Assembly (NCBI GenBank): GCA_951406725.2
Contig: OX597818.1
Span: 39,556,001 to 39,620,000, forward strand
DNA from: Octopus vulgaris
Lineage: Eukaryota
Length of the DNA: 64,000 bases
Reading direction: 5' to 3'
Shown here: positions 1-11,938 of the stretch, piece by piece
How positions within the stretch are numbered: the stretch's first letter is position 1
Layout of the letters: each line of letters begins with the position of its first letter
The notes under the pieces: generated by a model
What the model was told of the DNA's origin: nothing
The model's input: only the letters and a program-made list of their open reading frames with translations
The model's database searches: none
Program-made: the position numbers and the translations under genes

Positions 1-237
1 TCGTCATATATATGTATGTGTGTGTATATGTTTGTGTGTCTTTGTTTGTCCCCCACCAACATTGCTTGACAACCGATGCTGGTGTGTTTACGTCCCTGTA
101 ACTTAGCGGTTCGGCAAAAGAGACCGATAGAATAAGTACTAGGCTTACAAAGAATAAGTCCTGGAGCAGAGTTGCTCAACTAAAGGTGGTGCTCTAGCAT
201 GGCCACAGTCAAATGACTGAAAAGAGTAAAAGAGTAT
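1..237 (+). mobile_element. tRNA-derived SINE family A, 3' half
   Basis: It matches the full copy at 57965-58350 and ends in the GAGTAAAA tail repeat. Confidence 0.85.
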
Positions 238-799
238 AATTTTCATGATTAACAAAAAAATAAAATGAGCTTAGGGGACTAACTGAAATACTGGTGGCAT
301 GAATTTGGTGAAAGCAGACATTGGAGCTTGGCACCGTCCTCTGACTCACAGCTCTTGTCAAACCATCCAACCCAAGTTAGCAAGGAAAATGGATGTTAAA
401 TGGTGACAGGGATGATAAATACTGTCCTAAATCCTTTAGGAAAAAAAAAATTCTTAATTAATAAGGATTTAAACCATTTTACTTATTTCCTTAGCTCATT
501 GCATTTTAGTAATTATGCAAATTATTTTAGCAAAAAATTATAGTTATTCATAATTTTTTTTCTATATGTAAAATCTTACTGTGTGGTTTTTGTTTTCTTT
601 CTTCAGCAAAGAAGAATTTTTCAGTTAATAAGGAATTTGTGTATATAACATTCATTACTTCACTAACTTTCTTGATATAAAGATACATATTTACATAATC
701 TCATTTATAATAATACTCCAGCATGGTCTTAGAAATGATGGTTGAAATAAACTAAAGTATTAACATATGCCTATGTGCAAATGTTTGCACAAGTACATG

Positions 800-846
<47 letters not shown>

Positions 847-1324
847 ATGTGTGTGTGTGTGTGTGTGTGTGTGCATGTGTGTGTGTGTTTGTGGATGTAG
901 GCATAGCTGAGTGATTAAGAAGTTTGCCTTGTAATGATGAGGTCCCAGTTTCTAACTTACTGCACGATATGCTGGGTAGCTATCTCTTACCATAGCCTCA
1001 CAGCGACCTGACCCTCACCTTGTAAGGGAAACTGGGTTCATGGAAACTGTGTGGAAGATCAGTGCATGGACTATTCTAACAATTTGAAAAGCCAGCCATA
1101 TTACATACTATGTCACACACTGTGTCACACCAACTTTAAGGATATAAATGTCTGTGGAATATTCAATTACTCATGCTACAATTGAGTGAATAAGCAGTTC
1201 AGTTGATTAAAAAACCAGAATATTTAACCATTTCTTATTTAACCTTTTTGCTAGTAGATTTCCATTGAAATTTACTGCCTTTGTTTAAATAAATTTTGAA
1301 ATTAACAAAGAATTTAGGTATAAA

Positions 1325-1720
1325 AGCAGCCAGCTGGCAGAATTGGCACTGTACCTAACAAAATTCTGAGCAGCATGTTGTCTATCTTTACATTCTGAGT
1401 TCAAATTCTGTTGAAGGTGATTTTACCGTTCTTCCTTTCTGTTGTGTGGACGCCCCCAGACGATGAAGTAGGCTAGCCCAATATGAGGATATAGAGGGAG
1501 AAGTCTAGATGTCGGGAGTTGAGTAGAGGTCATCGGAATGTGCAATATAACAGTGGCGATGAGAATGAGATGCTCACACAGCCACTGTGTAGTATTGCGA
1601 TATAACACTTTCAGGGTCAATAAAATAAGTACCAGTTGAACATTGGGGTCTACATACTCAACTATCTCCCTTCCCTCAAATTATTGGCCTTATTAAGCTG
1701 GTGTTTGGGACATAAGATTA
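1325..1720 (+). mobile_element. SINE family B (CTGGCAGAA...TTCTGAGTTCAAAT...AAGTACCAG), interrupted by a solo LTR; other copies at about 23240-23440(-), 29270-29470(-), 32440-32660(+), 50400-50810(-, two), 54805-54945(+)
   Basis: The sequence recurs across the window and carries a B-box-like GAGTTCAAAT. Confidence 0.7.
1440..1607. mobile_element. 168-bp solo LTR with 5-bp target-site duplication
   Basis: The termini are TGTTG...TAACA, flanked by CTTTC at 1435-1439 and 1608-1612. It splits a SINE B copy cleanly. Confidence 0.75.
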
Positions 1721-1746
1721 ACAGGAGATTTTGAAGAAAAGTTTTT

Positions 1747-2212
1747 AGGTGCAGGAGTGGCTGTGTGATAAGTAGCTTGCTTACCAACCACATGGTTCCG
1801 GGTTCAGTCCCACAGCGTGGAACCTTGGGCAAGTATTTTCTACTATAGCCTCGGGCTGACCAAAGCCTTGTAAGTAGATTTGGTTGACGGAAAGAAGCCC
1901 GTTGTATATATATATATGTGTGATGTGTGTGTGTGTGTGTTTCTTCCCCCAACATCACTTGAAAACCGATGCTGGTGTATTTACATCCCTGTAACTTAGT
2001 GGTTCAGCAAAAGAGATCGATAGAATAAGTACTAGGCTAACAAAGAATAAGTCCTGGGGTTGATTTGTTCAACTAAAGGTGGTGTTCCAGCATGGCCACT
2101 GTCAAATGACTGAAACAAGTAAAAGAGTAAAAGAGTAAAGAGGTAAGTCCTGGAGTCGATTTGTTCGACTAAAGGCAGTGCTCCATCTTGGCCACAGTCA
2201 AATGACTGAAAC
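1747..2212 (+). mobile_element. SINE family A, full copy with partially duplicated tail
   Basis: It has an A-box-like TGGCTGTGTG, B-box GGTTCAGTCCC, an internal (TA)n(TG)n linker and a GAGTAAAA tail. Confidence 0.85.
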
Positions 2213-2530
2213 GAGTCTCAGGTGTGTTGGTATGAAAAGGTTTCAAAGTAGTGGCAATCTACTTGCTATTTTTTTTGTGCTTATGTATACACGCACACAA
2301 AGACTGACCTCAAAATGGTACATCTTACAGAGAAGACAACAAAGGACTGTATTGATTGATGATAAACTATGCTGCAGAAGACCCTAACACTTATGACAAG
2401 ACATACCATTCAAATGTGGTGAGTGAAATAAACTGGGAGCTATATGTTCATGTGTGTGTGTGTATATGCATGCATACATGCATATATACATACATACAGA
2501 CCCCCCCACACACACACATTCTTTTATATA

Positions 2531-2749
2531 TTCTTTTACTTGTTTCAGTCAATGGACTGTGGCCATGCTGGAACACCACCTTTAGTCGAACAAATTGACC
2601 CTAGGACTTATTCTTTGTAGGCCTAGTACTTACTCTACTAGTCTCTTTTTGCTGAACCACTAAGTTACGAGAATGTAAACACGCTAACATCAGTGTCAAG
2701 CAATGTTGCGGGGGGACAAACACAGACACACAAATACACACATACATAA

Positions 2750-2837
<88 letters not shown>

Positions 2838-3192
2838 ACACATATATATAAAGTTAATCCAAACATGAAAACACAAAGAGAAAACACAACACGAGAATGT
2901 GGAACAAGTATAGTGTTATTGGACGCTCAGGAAGGAAGGGAAGAAGGAGGGTTTTACGTTTTGAGTGGAGATCTTCATCAGAAACATAGAAAAAGGAAGG
3001 GTCCAAGGAAGGGAAGACAGAGAAAGAAAATCGCCAACGATACACACGCGCTCACATTAGGCTTCTTTCAGTTTCCATCTACCAAATCCACTCAGAAGGC
3101 TTTGGACACTTGCCCAAGGTGCCACACAGTGGGACTGAACACAGAACTATGTGGTTAGGAAGCAAGCTTCTTAACCACACAGCCACTCCTGA
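2531..3192 (-). mobile_element. SINE family A with a roughly 200-bp insert (2851-3058) in its internal microsatellite
   Basis: Reverse-complement match to SINE A on both sides of the insert. Confidence 0.8.
2951..2985 (-). ncRNA. Decayed minimal type I hammerhead ribozyme motif (Penelope-like LTR fragment)
   Basis: The minus strand reads GTTT-CTGATGA-A-GATC tcc ACTC-AAAA-CG-TA-AAAC. Stem I is GTTT/AAAC, the CUGAUGA core is intact and stem III is the palindrome ACGT. GAAA has become AAAA and stem II is damaged. Confidence 0.6.
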
Positions 3193-3669
3193 AGCTACAC
3201 CAAGTTACACAGGTGCACACCCATGCAGACTCATGCATAAATGCATATACACCAGCACACACTCACATATACACTCTCTCTTTCTTTCGTTCTCTCTCTC
3301 ATACACACACTCTCCCACTATCTTACCCACCCCCTCTCTCTGGCATAGACTCTCACTCATATCCTTATAAATATAAAATCTATAGACTAGGAAACAGAAA
3401 GACCTGGAGCAAACCCCGAGTAAAGAAAGCATGATATTGTTGAGAATAGGATTGATAACAAAAGGACTTTAACAAACTTGGTTGACTAATAGACCAAAAT
3501 GATTAACCAAAGAAATTGGTTAGATAATTAGTTAAATGGTTGATTAATTGACTATTGATAATAAATGATGTGAATTAGAACCTGTGTGCATGTTTATTAT
3601 TGGTATAAGGACACCCAATCCCACCATGAAATACAATATCAATAACTTTTTTGCTATCTTTTTCCATTT

Positions 3670-3671
<2 letters not shown>

Positions 3672-3721
<50 letters not shown>

Positions 3722-3807
3722 TGCGTGTATGTAGATAGACAGATAAATTGAGACAGGCAAACAGATAGACAGCTAGCTAGCTAGATGGATAGATGGCTGG
3801 AGAGATG

Positions 3808-3896
<89 letters not shown>

Positions 3897-4087
3897 GTAG
3901 ATAGGTTGGTAGGTAGGTAGGTAGGTAGGTAGGTAGGTAGGTTGGTAGGTAGGTAGGTAGGTGGATAGCTGGATGGCTGGTTGGATGAATGAAAAGATAT
4001 ACAGTGATAGATAGACAGGTGGATGGATGGATTGATAGATAGACTGACAGACAGATGGACTGATGGATGGAGGGATAGAGAAAAAGG

Positions 4088-4123
<36 letters not shown>

Positions 4124-4200
4124 AAAACAGATAGACAAGTGGATGGATGGATAGATAAACATGTAAATTACCACCATCATCATCATCATCATCATTATCA
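3672..4200. repeat. Compound microsatellite (TG)n,(GATA)n,(GGTA)n,(GGAT)n,(CAT)n
   Basis: Directly visible in the sequence. Confidence 0.95.
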
Positions 4201-4564
4201 TTTAATGTCTATTTTCATGGGTTGGACCATATGTGTGTATGTGTGTGTATAAAATAATGAAAATTTCTTGTAGATTAAAATCTATAGGCTTTATTAGTAT
4301 ATTACGACATATGTTTCTGCATCCCACAAGTTCATTTGCAAGGACATTTTCATATTCATAAGATATTATGATATTATTCATATTATGATATTATGAATCT
4401 GAAGTCTGCCTCCATTACCATGTGTATCTTTTGTCAAGTGATTACATTAATGCTTTTTTGCAGGTCCGATGTTTTTACTTAAAGATATTTACCATTTTAC
4501 ACAAATCAAAAAAAAAAAAAACGCTCCTCTTTTTGGGGCATTACTAGTGAATCATCAAGGCACA

Positions 4565-4901
4565 TCATTCTTTGTAAGCCTAGTACTTATTCTATCAATT
4601 TCTTTTGCTAAACTGCTAAGTTACAGGGATGTAAACACACCAACATCAGTTATCAGATGATGGTGGGGGAACAAACACAGACACACAAACATATACATAT
4701 GTATATGTATATATGATGGGCTTCTTTCAGTTTCCATATACCAAATCCACTTGCAAGGTTTGGTTGGCCCAAGGCTATAGTAGAAGACACTTGCCCAAGG
4801 TGCCATGCAGTGGGACTGAACCTGGAACCATGTGGTTGGTAAGCAAGCTACTTACCACACAGCCACTCCTGTGTCTATGTATATGTATGTATGTATGTAT
4901 G

Positions 4902-4990
<89 letters not shown>

Positions 4991-5450
4991 GTGTGTGTAT
5001 GTGTGTGTGTATGTTTGTGTGTTTACGTTCCTGTAACTTACCAGTTCAGCAAAAGAGAATGATAGAATAAGTACTAGGCTTATAAAGAACCAGTCCTAGA
5101 GTCAATTTGTTCGAATAAAGGTGGTGCTACAGCATGGCCACAGTCAGATTACTGAAACAAGTAAAAGAATTAAAGAATAAAAGAATTAGATCGAACTGAA
5201 GAAGGCAAGACCTTTTATGTGTCACTGGCACAGGGGCCTCTTAGGTGTCATTGGCATGAATGCCTTGTTTCTGTTATATATATGTTCTTTTACTTTTTTA
5301 CTACAATGGCATGTGGATTAGTAACTTAGCAGTTCGGCAAAAGAGAATGATAGAATAAGTACTAGGCTTACAAAGAATAAGTCTTGGGGTTGATTTGTTT
5401 GACTGAAGGCAGTGCTCCAGCATGGCTACTGTCAGACGAATAAAAGAATA
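4565..5450. mobile_element. Cluster of SINE A pieces: 4565-4872(-), about 5020-5185(+), about 5320-5450(+)
   Basis: Each piece matches SINE A. Confidence 0.75.
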
Positions 5451-5559
5451 AGCTGTAACTGAAGAAGGTGAAACCTTTTATGTGTCACTGGCTCAGGTGT
5501 CTCTTATGTGTCACTGACATGGGTACCTTGTTTCTGTTATATATATTTTTTGACTTTTT

Positions 5560-5950
5560 TTCCTGCTTTTAACCCTCCAATGCGGAGTATAGGCCACTTA
5601 TAATTGAATTCCATATCGCATAATTTTTCTCTTCTGTACTTATACTCTGCCATGAATGTCCCCCTTTCTAGTTCCTTTTGTGTTGATCTACGCCACGAGT
5701 CCTTAGGCCTACCTCTCTTTCTATATCCATTCGGGTTCCACTGTAAAGTTCTTTTTGCTACATTTGGTGTGTCTTTTCTAATTGTGCTACCAATCCACTT
5801 CCACTTTTTCTGAAATATTTGCTCCCTAATCGAAACTTGATTTGTTCTTTGCCATAGCTCCATATTGCTTATGTGTTCAGTCCATCTAATTTTAAGTATA
5901 CTACGCAAGCATCTGTTGAAGAATGATTGTATTTGCTTATTTGACTGTGG
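5560..5950 (-). mobile_element. RTE-clade LINE 3' fragment
   Basis: The translation QSFFNRCLRSILKIRW...ISNMELWQRTNQ...KWKWIG...RKRGRPKDSWRR is typical of the RTE ORF C-terminus. Confidence 0.85.
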
Positions 5951-6560
5951 ATTAGTGGATTTGTGGTTATGGATCTCATAATCATAAGGAAATAAGTTTG
6001 ATTCCAGGAGCAAGCAGTGCATTAGGTCTTTTCCTCCCTCAAACAAAACATTTCATTTTATGTTACTCCAGTCAAATGGGGACCAACAAAGAACTGATAT
6101 TTCATTTAAGCTCCTTCATGCCAGCTGCCACATTTTGAATGTTCTGCAAGATTAAGGACCAGAATATGAGAGGATAGATGCATATAACTACAAAGGTACC
6201 AAAATTAATTAGTAAAAATATGATACATGCTACCAAGGCACACTAATGTACAAGACATAACTACAGTACTCTTTCATTAGCTTCTGTCTCTTTGAATTGA
6301 GATCATAATGTACAACATATTCTATGGTTTTTAATCAATTATATTGACCCCACCCAATACTTTGCTTGATATTTGTTTTATTGATCTTTATTAATAGCTA
6401 AGTCCACTTTTCCAGGTATAAAGAGACATTTCAGCTTTTATTTGAGGCCTGATTTGCATTAACATAAACAGACACTCACAGTACACACACACACACACAC
6501 ACACACAGATGTGTGTACACATCTGTATTTATGTGTATGTATGTATGTATGTGTGTGTGT

Positions 6561-6598
<38 letters not shown>

Positions 6599-6827
6599 GT
6601 ATATAAATTTCTTTTAATAATAAATGATTTGCTGAGCTGAGGCACAATCAGTATATATATATGTATATGTATACACACACATGTACATAAGTACATGCAT
6701 ATAAATATATATATGCATATACATATGTATGTGTATATGTGTGTGTGTATCTGTGTGTATATACATGTATGTGTGTATGCATGCATGTATGTATGTATGT
6801 GTGTATGTATGTATGTATGTATGTATG

Positions 6828-6859
<32 letters not shown>

Positions 6860-7607
6860 GCAAGAGCTATATTCTTTCCATCTCCCTGAATTGATGGGTT
6901 TATATTTACTCAGAATCCACTCTCTTTACTATTCACCTCACTCTCTTGTTGTTTACTTCAGTTCAAACTCTCTCTCTCTCTCTCTCCTCCCCCCTCTTTC
7001 AATTCCCCCCTCTCTCGCTCTCTCTTTCTCTCATTCCTCTAAATGAAGCTGCTTTTCTCTGCCACCCTTTAAACACTGACACGTGACGAAAGATAATCTA
7101 TCTTTCTGCCCAAAACCTTCGTAAAGACAAAACGTGCTTATACTGTCTCCTTCATAAGCTCGTCTTCCTAGCGTTCGTAATAATTTTTCTATCATCTTGG
7201 CTTCACAGCCCTTACCATTTGTTTTTACTGTTTTGTTCTCACTGTCCTGTTCTTGTTACCACTTTCACTCTCTGCAAAAAATCTCAAATTTTATTTAGTT
7301 TGCTTTGCGGGAATGACTGTTTCAACAAAGTCGCGACTTGTCCTTGCCTTCGAAATGTAGAGTAGATGAAACGGGAACAACTGAAGAAGGGGAATATTCT
7401 TTATGTTGTACGTCTCGTTTCTCTGTTTGTTTTTTTGTTGTTCGAAAAATGTTTGTTTTCTATGTTTTTGTTTTTATGTTTTCATTTCTCATTGTGTTCA
7501 GTGTTTTTTGATGTTCTGTACCCATATATGCATGCATATATACATATATACATAGGTATGTACATATATGCATGTATATATGCATACATTTATATATAAT
7601 TTATATG

Positions 7608-7655
<48 letters not shown>

Positions 7656-7748
7656 GTTTATCTATCCATCTATCTATCTATCTATCTATCTATCTGTCTA
7701 TCTATCTATCTATCTGTTTATCTATCCATCTATCTATCTATCTATCTA

Positions 7749-7789
<41 letters not shown>

Positions 7790-7827
7790 ATATATATATA
7801 TTATATATTTATATATGTGTGTATGTA

Positions 7828-7868
<41 letters not shown>

Positions 7869-7922
7869 TCATCATCATCATTATCATTTAGCGTCCGTTC
7901 TCCATGCTAGCATGGGTTGGAC

Positions 7923-8153
7923 GGTTCAACTGGGGTCTGTGAAGCTGGAAGGCTTCATCAGGCTCAGTCAGATCTGGCAGTGTTTCTACGGCTGGATGCC
8001 CTTCCTAACGCCAACCACTCCGTGAGTGTAGTGGGTGCTTTTTACTACACTCACGGAGTGGTTGGCGTTAGGAAGGGCATCCAGCCGTAGAAACACTGCC
8101 AGATCTGACTGAGCCTGATGAAGCCTTCCAGCTTCACAGACCCCAGTTGAACC
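7923..8153. repeat. Perfect 110-bp inverted repeat with 11-nt loop, made of RTE-tail sequence
   Basis: 7923-8032 is the exact reverse complement of 8044-8153, checked base by base. Confidence 0.95.
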
Positions 8154-8158
8154 ATATA

Positions 8159-8200
<42 letters not shown>

Positions 8201-8879
8201 TATTATTTAGAGGTCACAATACATGAAAATTACTATTTGTAAATCTCACAGCGAGAGTTATTCAGCAACAGTACTTTGGCAACATAACATGGCAGTCCTG
8301 TTGCTGAATATCTCTCACTGTGAGATTTACAAATAGTAATTTTCTAATTTATAGATTAGTGACTAGTTGTCACTTTGAAAACTACATATTACAAATGGGA
8401 ATTAGGCAGCACCACCTCTAGCTGAACAATTATTCTGTGCTGACAAAGGGAAATAACCCAGAAATCGTGAAACACAGATATTGTTTTGAGCTGAGTGGGG
8501 GTGCTAGATTCCCTTGTTTGAAAATATGACCCAGATCGTGTCATATTGCCAGCTGGAGATGATGTTTCCTGGGGCTAAATTACAGCAACATTCGTCCTAA
8601 ACTAGGACTGCCATGTTATGTTGGCAAATAATCTTTGTCACAATACATGTATTAAAGCACTACTAATAGTTTCATATGCTGAGAGAACTCAAGCATATTC
8701 TTCAGGTGCAAAACACATATCATAACAAACTAAAAAATTCAATAAAGAGAAGAAACATGAAGCTGAGAAGGCAGCATATAAAAAACACAGACAGTAAACA
8801 ACAGAAAACGAAACTAAAGTGTCAAAAGTGCTCCTTAGGCCTTGAATGATAAAGCTGGAAAGATATCAAGTCAGTCAGG

Positions 8880-9360
8880 AATAGGCCAAATTTTCCAATT
8901 CTTCAGAATATATTTATACATATGCATGCAACCAATGAAAATTTCTGACCTGGAGTTCAATAGAGAGCTAGGGACCTTAGATCTGAACAGGATCTGCACT
9001 CTTTCAGCCAAACAAAGTCTAATTTATTTGATCCATTCACATAAGGTATGGATTTCTCAATTACTTTCCATTTAATCACATGCGGTGTTTCGTTATCTCT
9101 TAAAGTTCACCATGTAGCTAGTCAACTTCGTAGCTTTACTTTTGTCCCTATTTCGGAAGGAGATTATGATTGGCATAGCGATTTTTAAATTCTCTTTCAC
9201 ATAATCCAATATAGATTTTCTTATCAGTTGTAATATTATTTAGGGTTGCAGTAACTTCTGCTTCATATATGACAGAGTTAATCTTACGTCGTTGGTCAAG
9301 TGGACAGGATCCTGGGTTGCAACAGTTGCAGCTGGATTCAGGTTCTTGTTGACAACATAT
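8880..9360 (-). mobile_element. Penelope-like element GIY-YIG endonuclease remnant (frameshifted)
   Basis: CNCCNPGSCPL...VIYEAEV...IYIGLCEREFKNRYANH continues after frameshifts as SFRN...IKWKVIEKS.PY...LCLAE...LLNSRSEIF.GCMH. Confidence 0.85.
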
Positions 9361-9772
9361 AATGATATTCTTCATACTTGAGCAGCAGCTATTCAATACA
9401 TATAAGATAAGAATACAAATTATAAAAATCATAATATAAATTATTGAAATCATTCAATAATTTATATTATGATTTTCATAATTTGTATTCTTATCCTTAT
9501 ATGTATTGATTTACAAGATATTTATGTATGCTATTAAGGTTCTCATTTTGTTAAATGAATAAATAATTCAACATTCTAATATCCAAAAGATGATGAACAA
9601 ACTAAATTTGTTTTTCCATTTTCTTATTTGTATAATAAATTAACGGTAAAAATATTTCTTTACCTTCACCCGTTTAATACAATAAATAAGTTAATTGTAT
9701 TGCAATTAAAAACATTTATGTATTAAGAATCTGGGTACTTTACCAACAGTATATTGGATAAATACTATGTGG

Positions 9773-10041
<269 letters not shown>

Positions 10042-10539
10042 CATGTGAAGTGTACAGTATTATATATCAATTATAACCGATCTTGCCAATTGGTTTTGTG
10101 CAAGGGATTCAACAAAGTGTTAAGTAACAATCCAGTTATGCAACTCAGCATATATATATATATATATATACATACATACACATACACACACACACATATT
10201 GTTGTTTATGTCCTGTGGTTTGTATTTGTAATTGTGTATCATTTCTCTGAGGTTTTTTGTCCTTGCCTTCGTATACATTTGCTTGCTTTCTTTCAAAGAA
10301 TCTAGTGCTCTTAGCTTTGATTTTCTTGGGGCCAACCAGACTGGAGAAGTCTCAAGAGTAACTGGCTGAACCTGCAGCAACGATCTGGAATTTGACTAAA
10401 GAAAGAAAACTCTGAATGACCCATCCTTTTTTTTTCCTGTCCTTTTTTGTATAGTCTAACTGTCCGGATGTCTTGTTGTCACCTGTTACATTCTTGTTCC
10501 ATTTTTTGCTTTGTTTTTTTATACATACATATAGCAGCA

Positions 10540-10725
10540 TATGTACAGCCTTCTTGACAATCTTAGAGAGGTGATTTGTCCAACGCTGATTGCTGTTTAT
10601 AATAATACCCAGATCATGTTCACTAGAAGACTTCTTGAGATTGGTGTTGCTCAGGGAATATGTAAAGGCTGGGTTTTTCCTCCCTAAGTGCATGGTGATG
10701 CACTTGTTGCATGGTGACACACTTG
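10540..10725 (-). mobile_element. CR1-clade LINE RT fragment (same family as 60618-61900)
   Basis: KCITMHLGRKNPAFTYSLSNTNLKKSSSEHDLGIIINSN matches the ORF at 61137. Confidence 0.85.
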
Positions 10726-10810
10726 CATATGTGTGTGGAAAGAGAGAGAGAGAGAAAGAGAGGGCGAGAGAGAGGGGGGCAAGAGAGAGAAAGAGAGAAA
10801 TATATATATA

Positions 10811-11171
10811 CTAGCTTAAGGTGACCCGCTCTAAGACCCGCGGATAAGAGTGTGGTTGTTACTTTCTGTTGCTTCCTTTCTGGTTTTTTATCACCACGTT
10901 CTCCCTCTTTGTTTCTCTCTCCTTTCTCTCTCACTTTCCCACTCTCTTACTCTTCCTTTCTCTCGGACTCTCCTCATAAAGTGTGCATTTTTTGCCCTAG
11001 CAACGACACCTTTTAAGATAGGGATTTCTAACCTAGCCCACTAACATACTCACCTCATTGTAAATTTTGGAGTCAATCCGATGGGATCTAGTGCCCTTTA
11101 ACCCATTCTAATGCCAAAACCAGACAAACAAACTTTTCGCATTTCAGATTTATAATATAGAGAAGAGAAGA
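10811..11171 (-). mobile_element. Non-autonomous Helitron-like element
   Basis: The minus strand begins A|TC and ends with a GC-rich hairpin (CCGC...GCGG) and CTAG|T. It sits in an AT dinucleotide without a target-site duplication. Confidence 0.6.
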
Positions 11172-11562
11172 TGTAGGAAAATGTGTCCAATGTTTTCTGC
11201 TATAGCACAAAAGCAATAGTAATCTATATAGCATGATATACATGAAGCTATTAACTGTATACCTTGGTTATTTTGTGCCAAAAGCAATCAGTGCTTGCAT
11301 TGATATTCACCATTATTTTTTATATTATGTTTTTATATGTACGAACAAATTGTATCTAAGCAACTCCCTTATATAAATACCTTTTGTAATTCATGTCCAA
11401 TTGATTGAAGCTAAGTTTACATACACCGGTGAAAAGACGTAAGATTTATTCTCATGTACTACTAGTTTAGATACAGTTATGACTACGTATTTATGAGCAT
11501 CTGTGTGTGTGTGTGTCTGTGTGTGTGCATATCTGGGTGTGGGTATGTATTTATTTTTCTCT

Positions 11563-11938
11563 TTACTCTCTTTTACTCTTTTACTTGTTTCAGTCATTTG
11601 GCTGCGGCCATGCTGGAGCACCACCTTTTTAGTCAAGCAAATCACTCCAGGACTTATTCTTTGTAAGCCTAGTATTTATTCTATTGGTCTCTTTTGCCAA
11701 ACCACTAAGTTACAGGGATGTAAACGCACCAGCATCAATTGTTAAGTGATGTTGGGGGGACAAACACAGACACACAAACACACACACACATATATATATA
11801 CGATGAGCTTCTTTCAGTTTCCGTCTACCAAATCCACTCACAAGGCTTTGGTCGGCTTGAGGGTATAGAAGACATGTGCCCAAGGTGCCACACAGTGATT
11901 GGTAAGCAAGCTACTTACCACACAGCCACTCCTGCACC
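11563..11938 (-). mobile_element. SINE family A; further copies at about 12920-13285(-), 20635-20795(-), 32697-33100(+), 39618-40020(-), 41690-42120(+), 42695-43055(-), 47430-47600(-), 50030-50190(+), 51395-51600(-), 57000-57325(-), 59760-59960(-), 60245-60575(-)
   Basis: Recurrent sequence with a tRNA-like head and GAGTAAAA tail. Confidence 0.85.

Noticed and set aside
7348-7421. CGAAATGTA...CTGAAGAAGGGG motif (similar CTGAAGAAGG at about 5196 and 5459)
   Set aside because: The core halves cannot be arranged with a valid stem I or II in any permutation I tried.
8115-8140. CTGATGA followed by an AGC/GCT stem within the fold-back arm
   Set aside because: There is no GAAA after the stem, so it is not a hammerhead.
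10390-10425. CTAAAGA-AAGA..TCT-GAAT hammerhead-like spacing in a microsatellite-flanked repeat
   Set aside because: There are too many core mismatches to support it from this copy alone.
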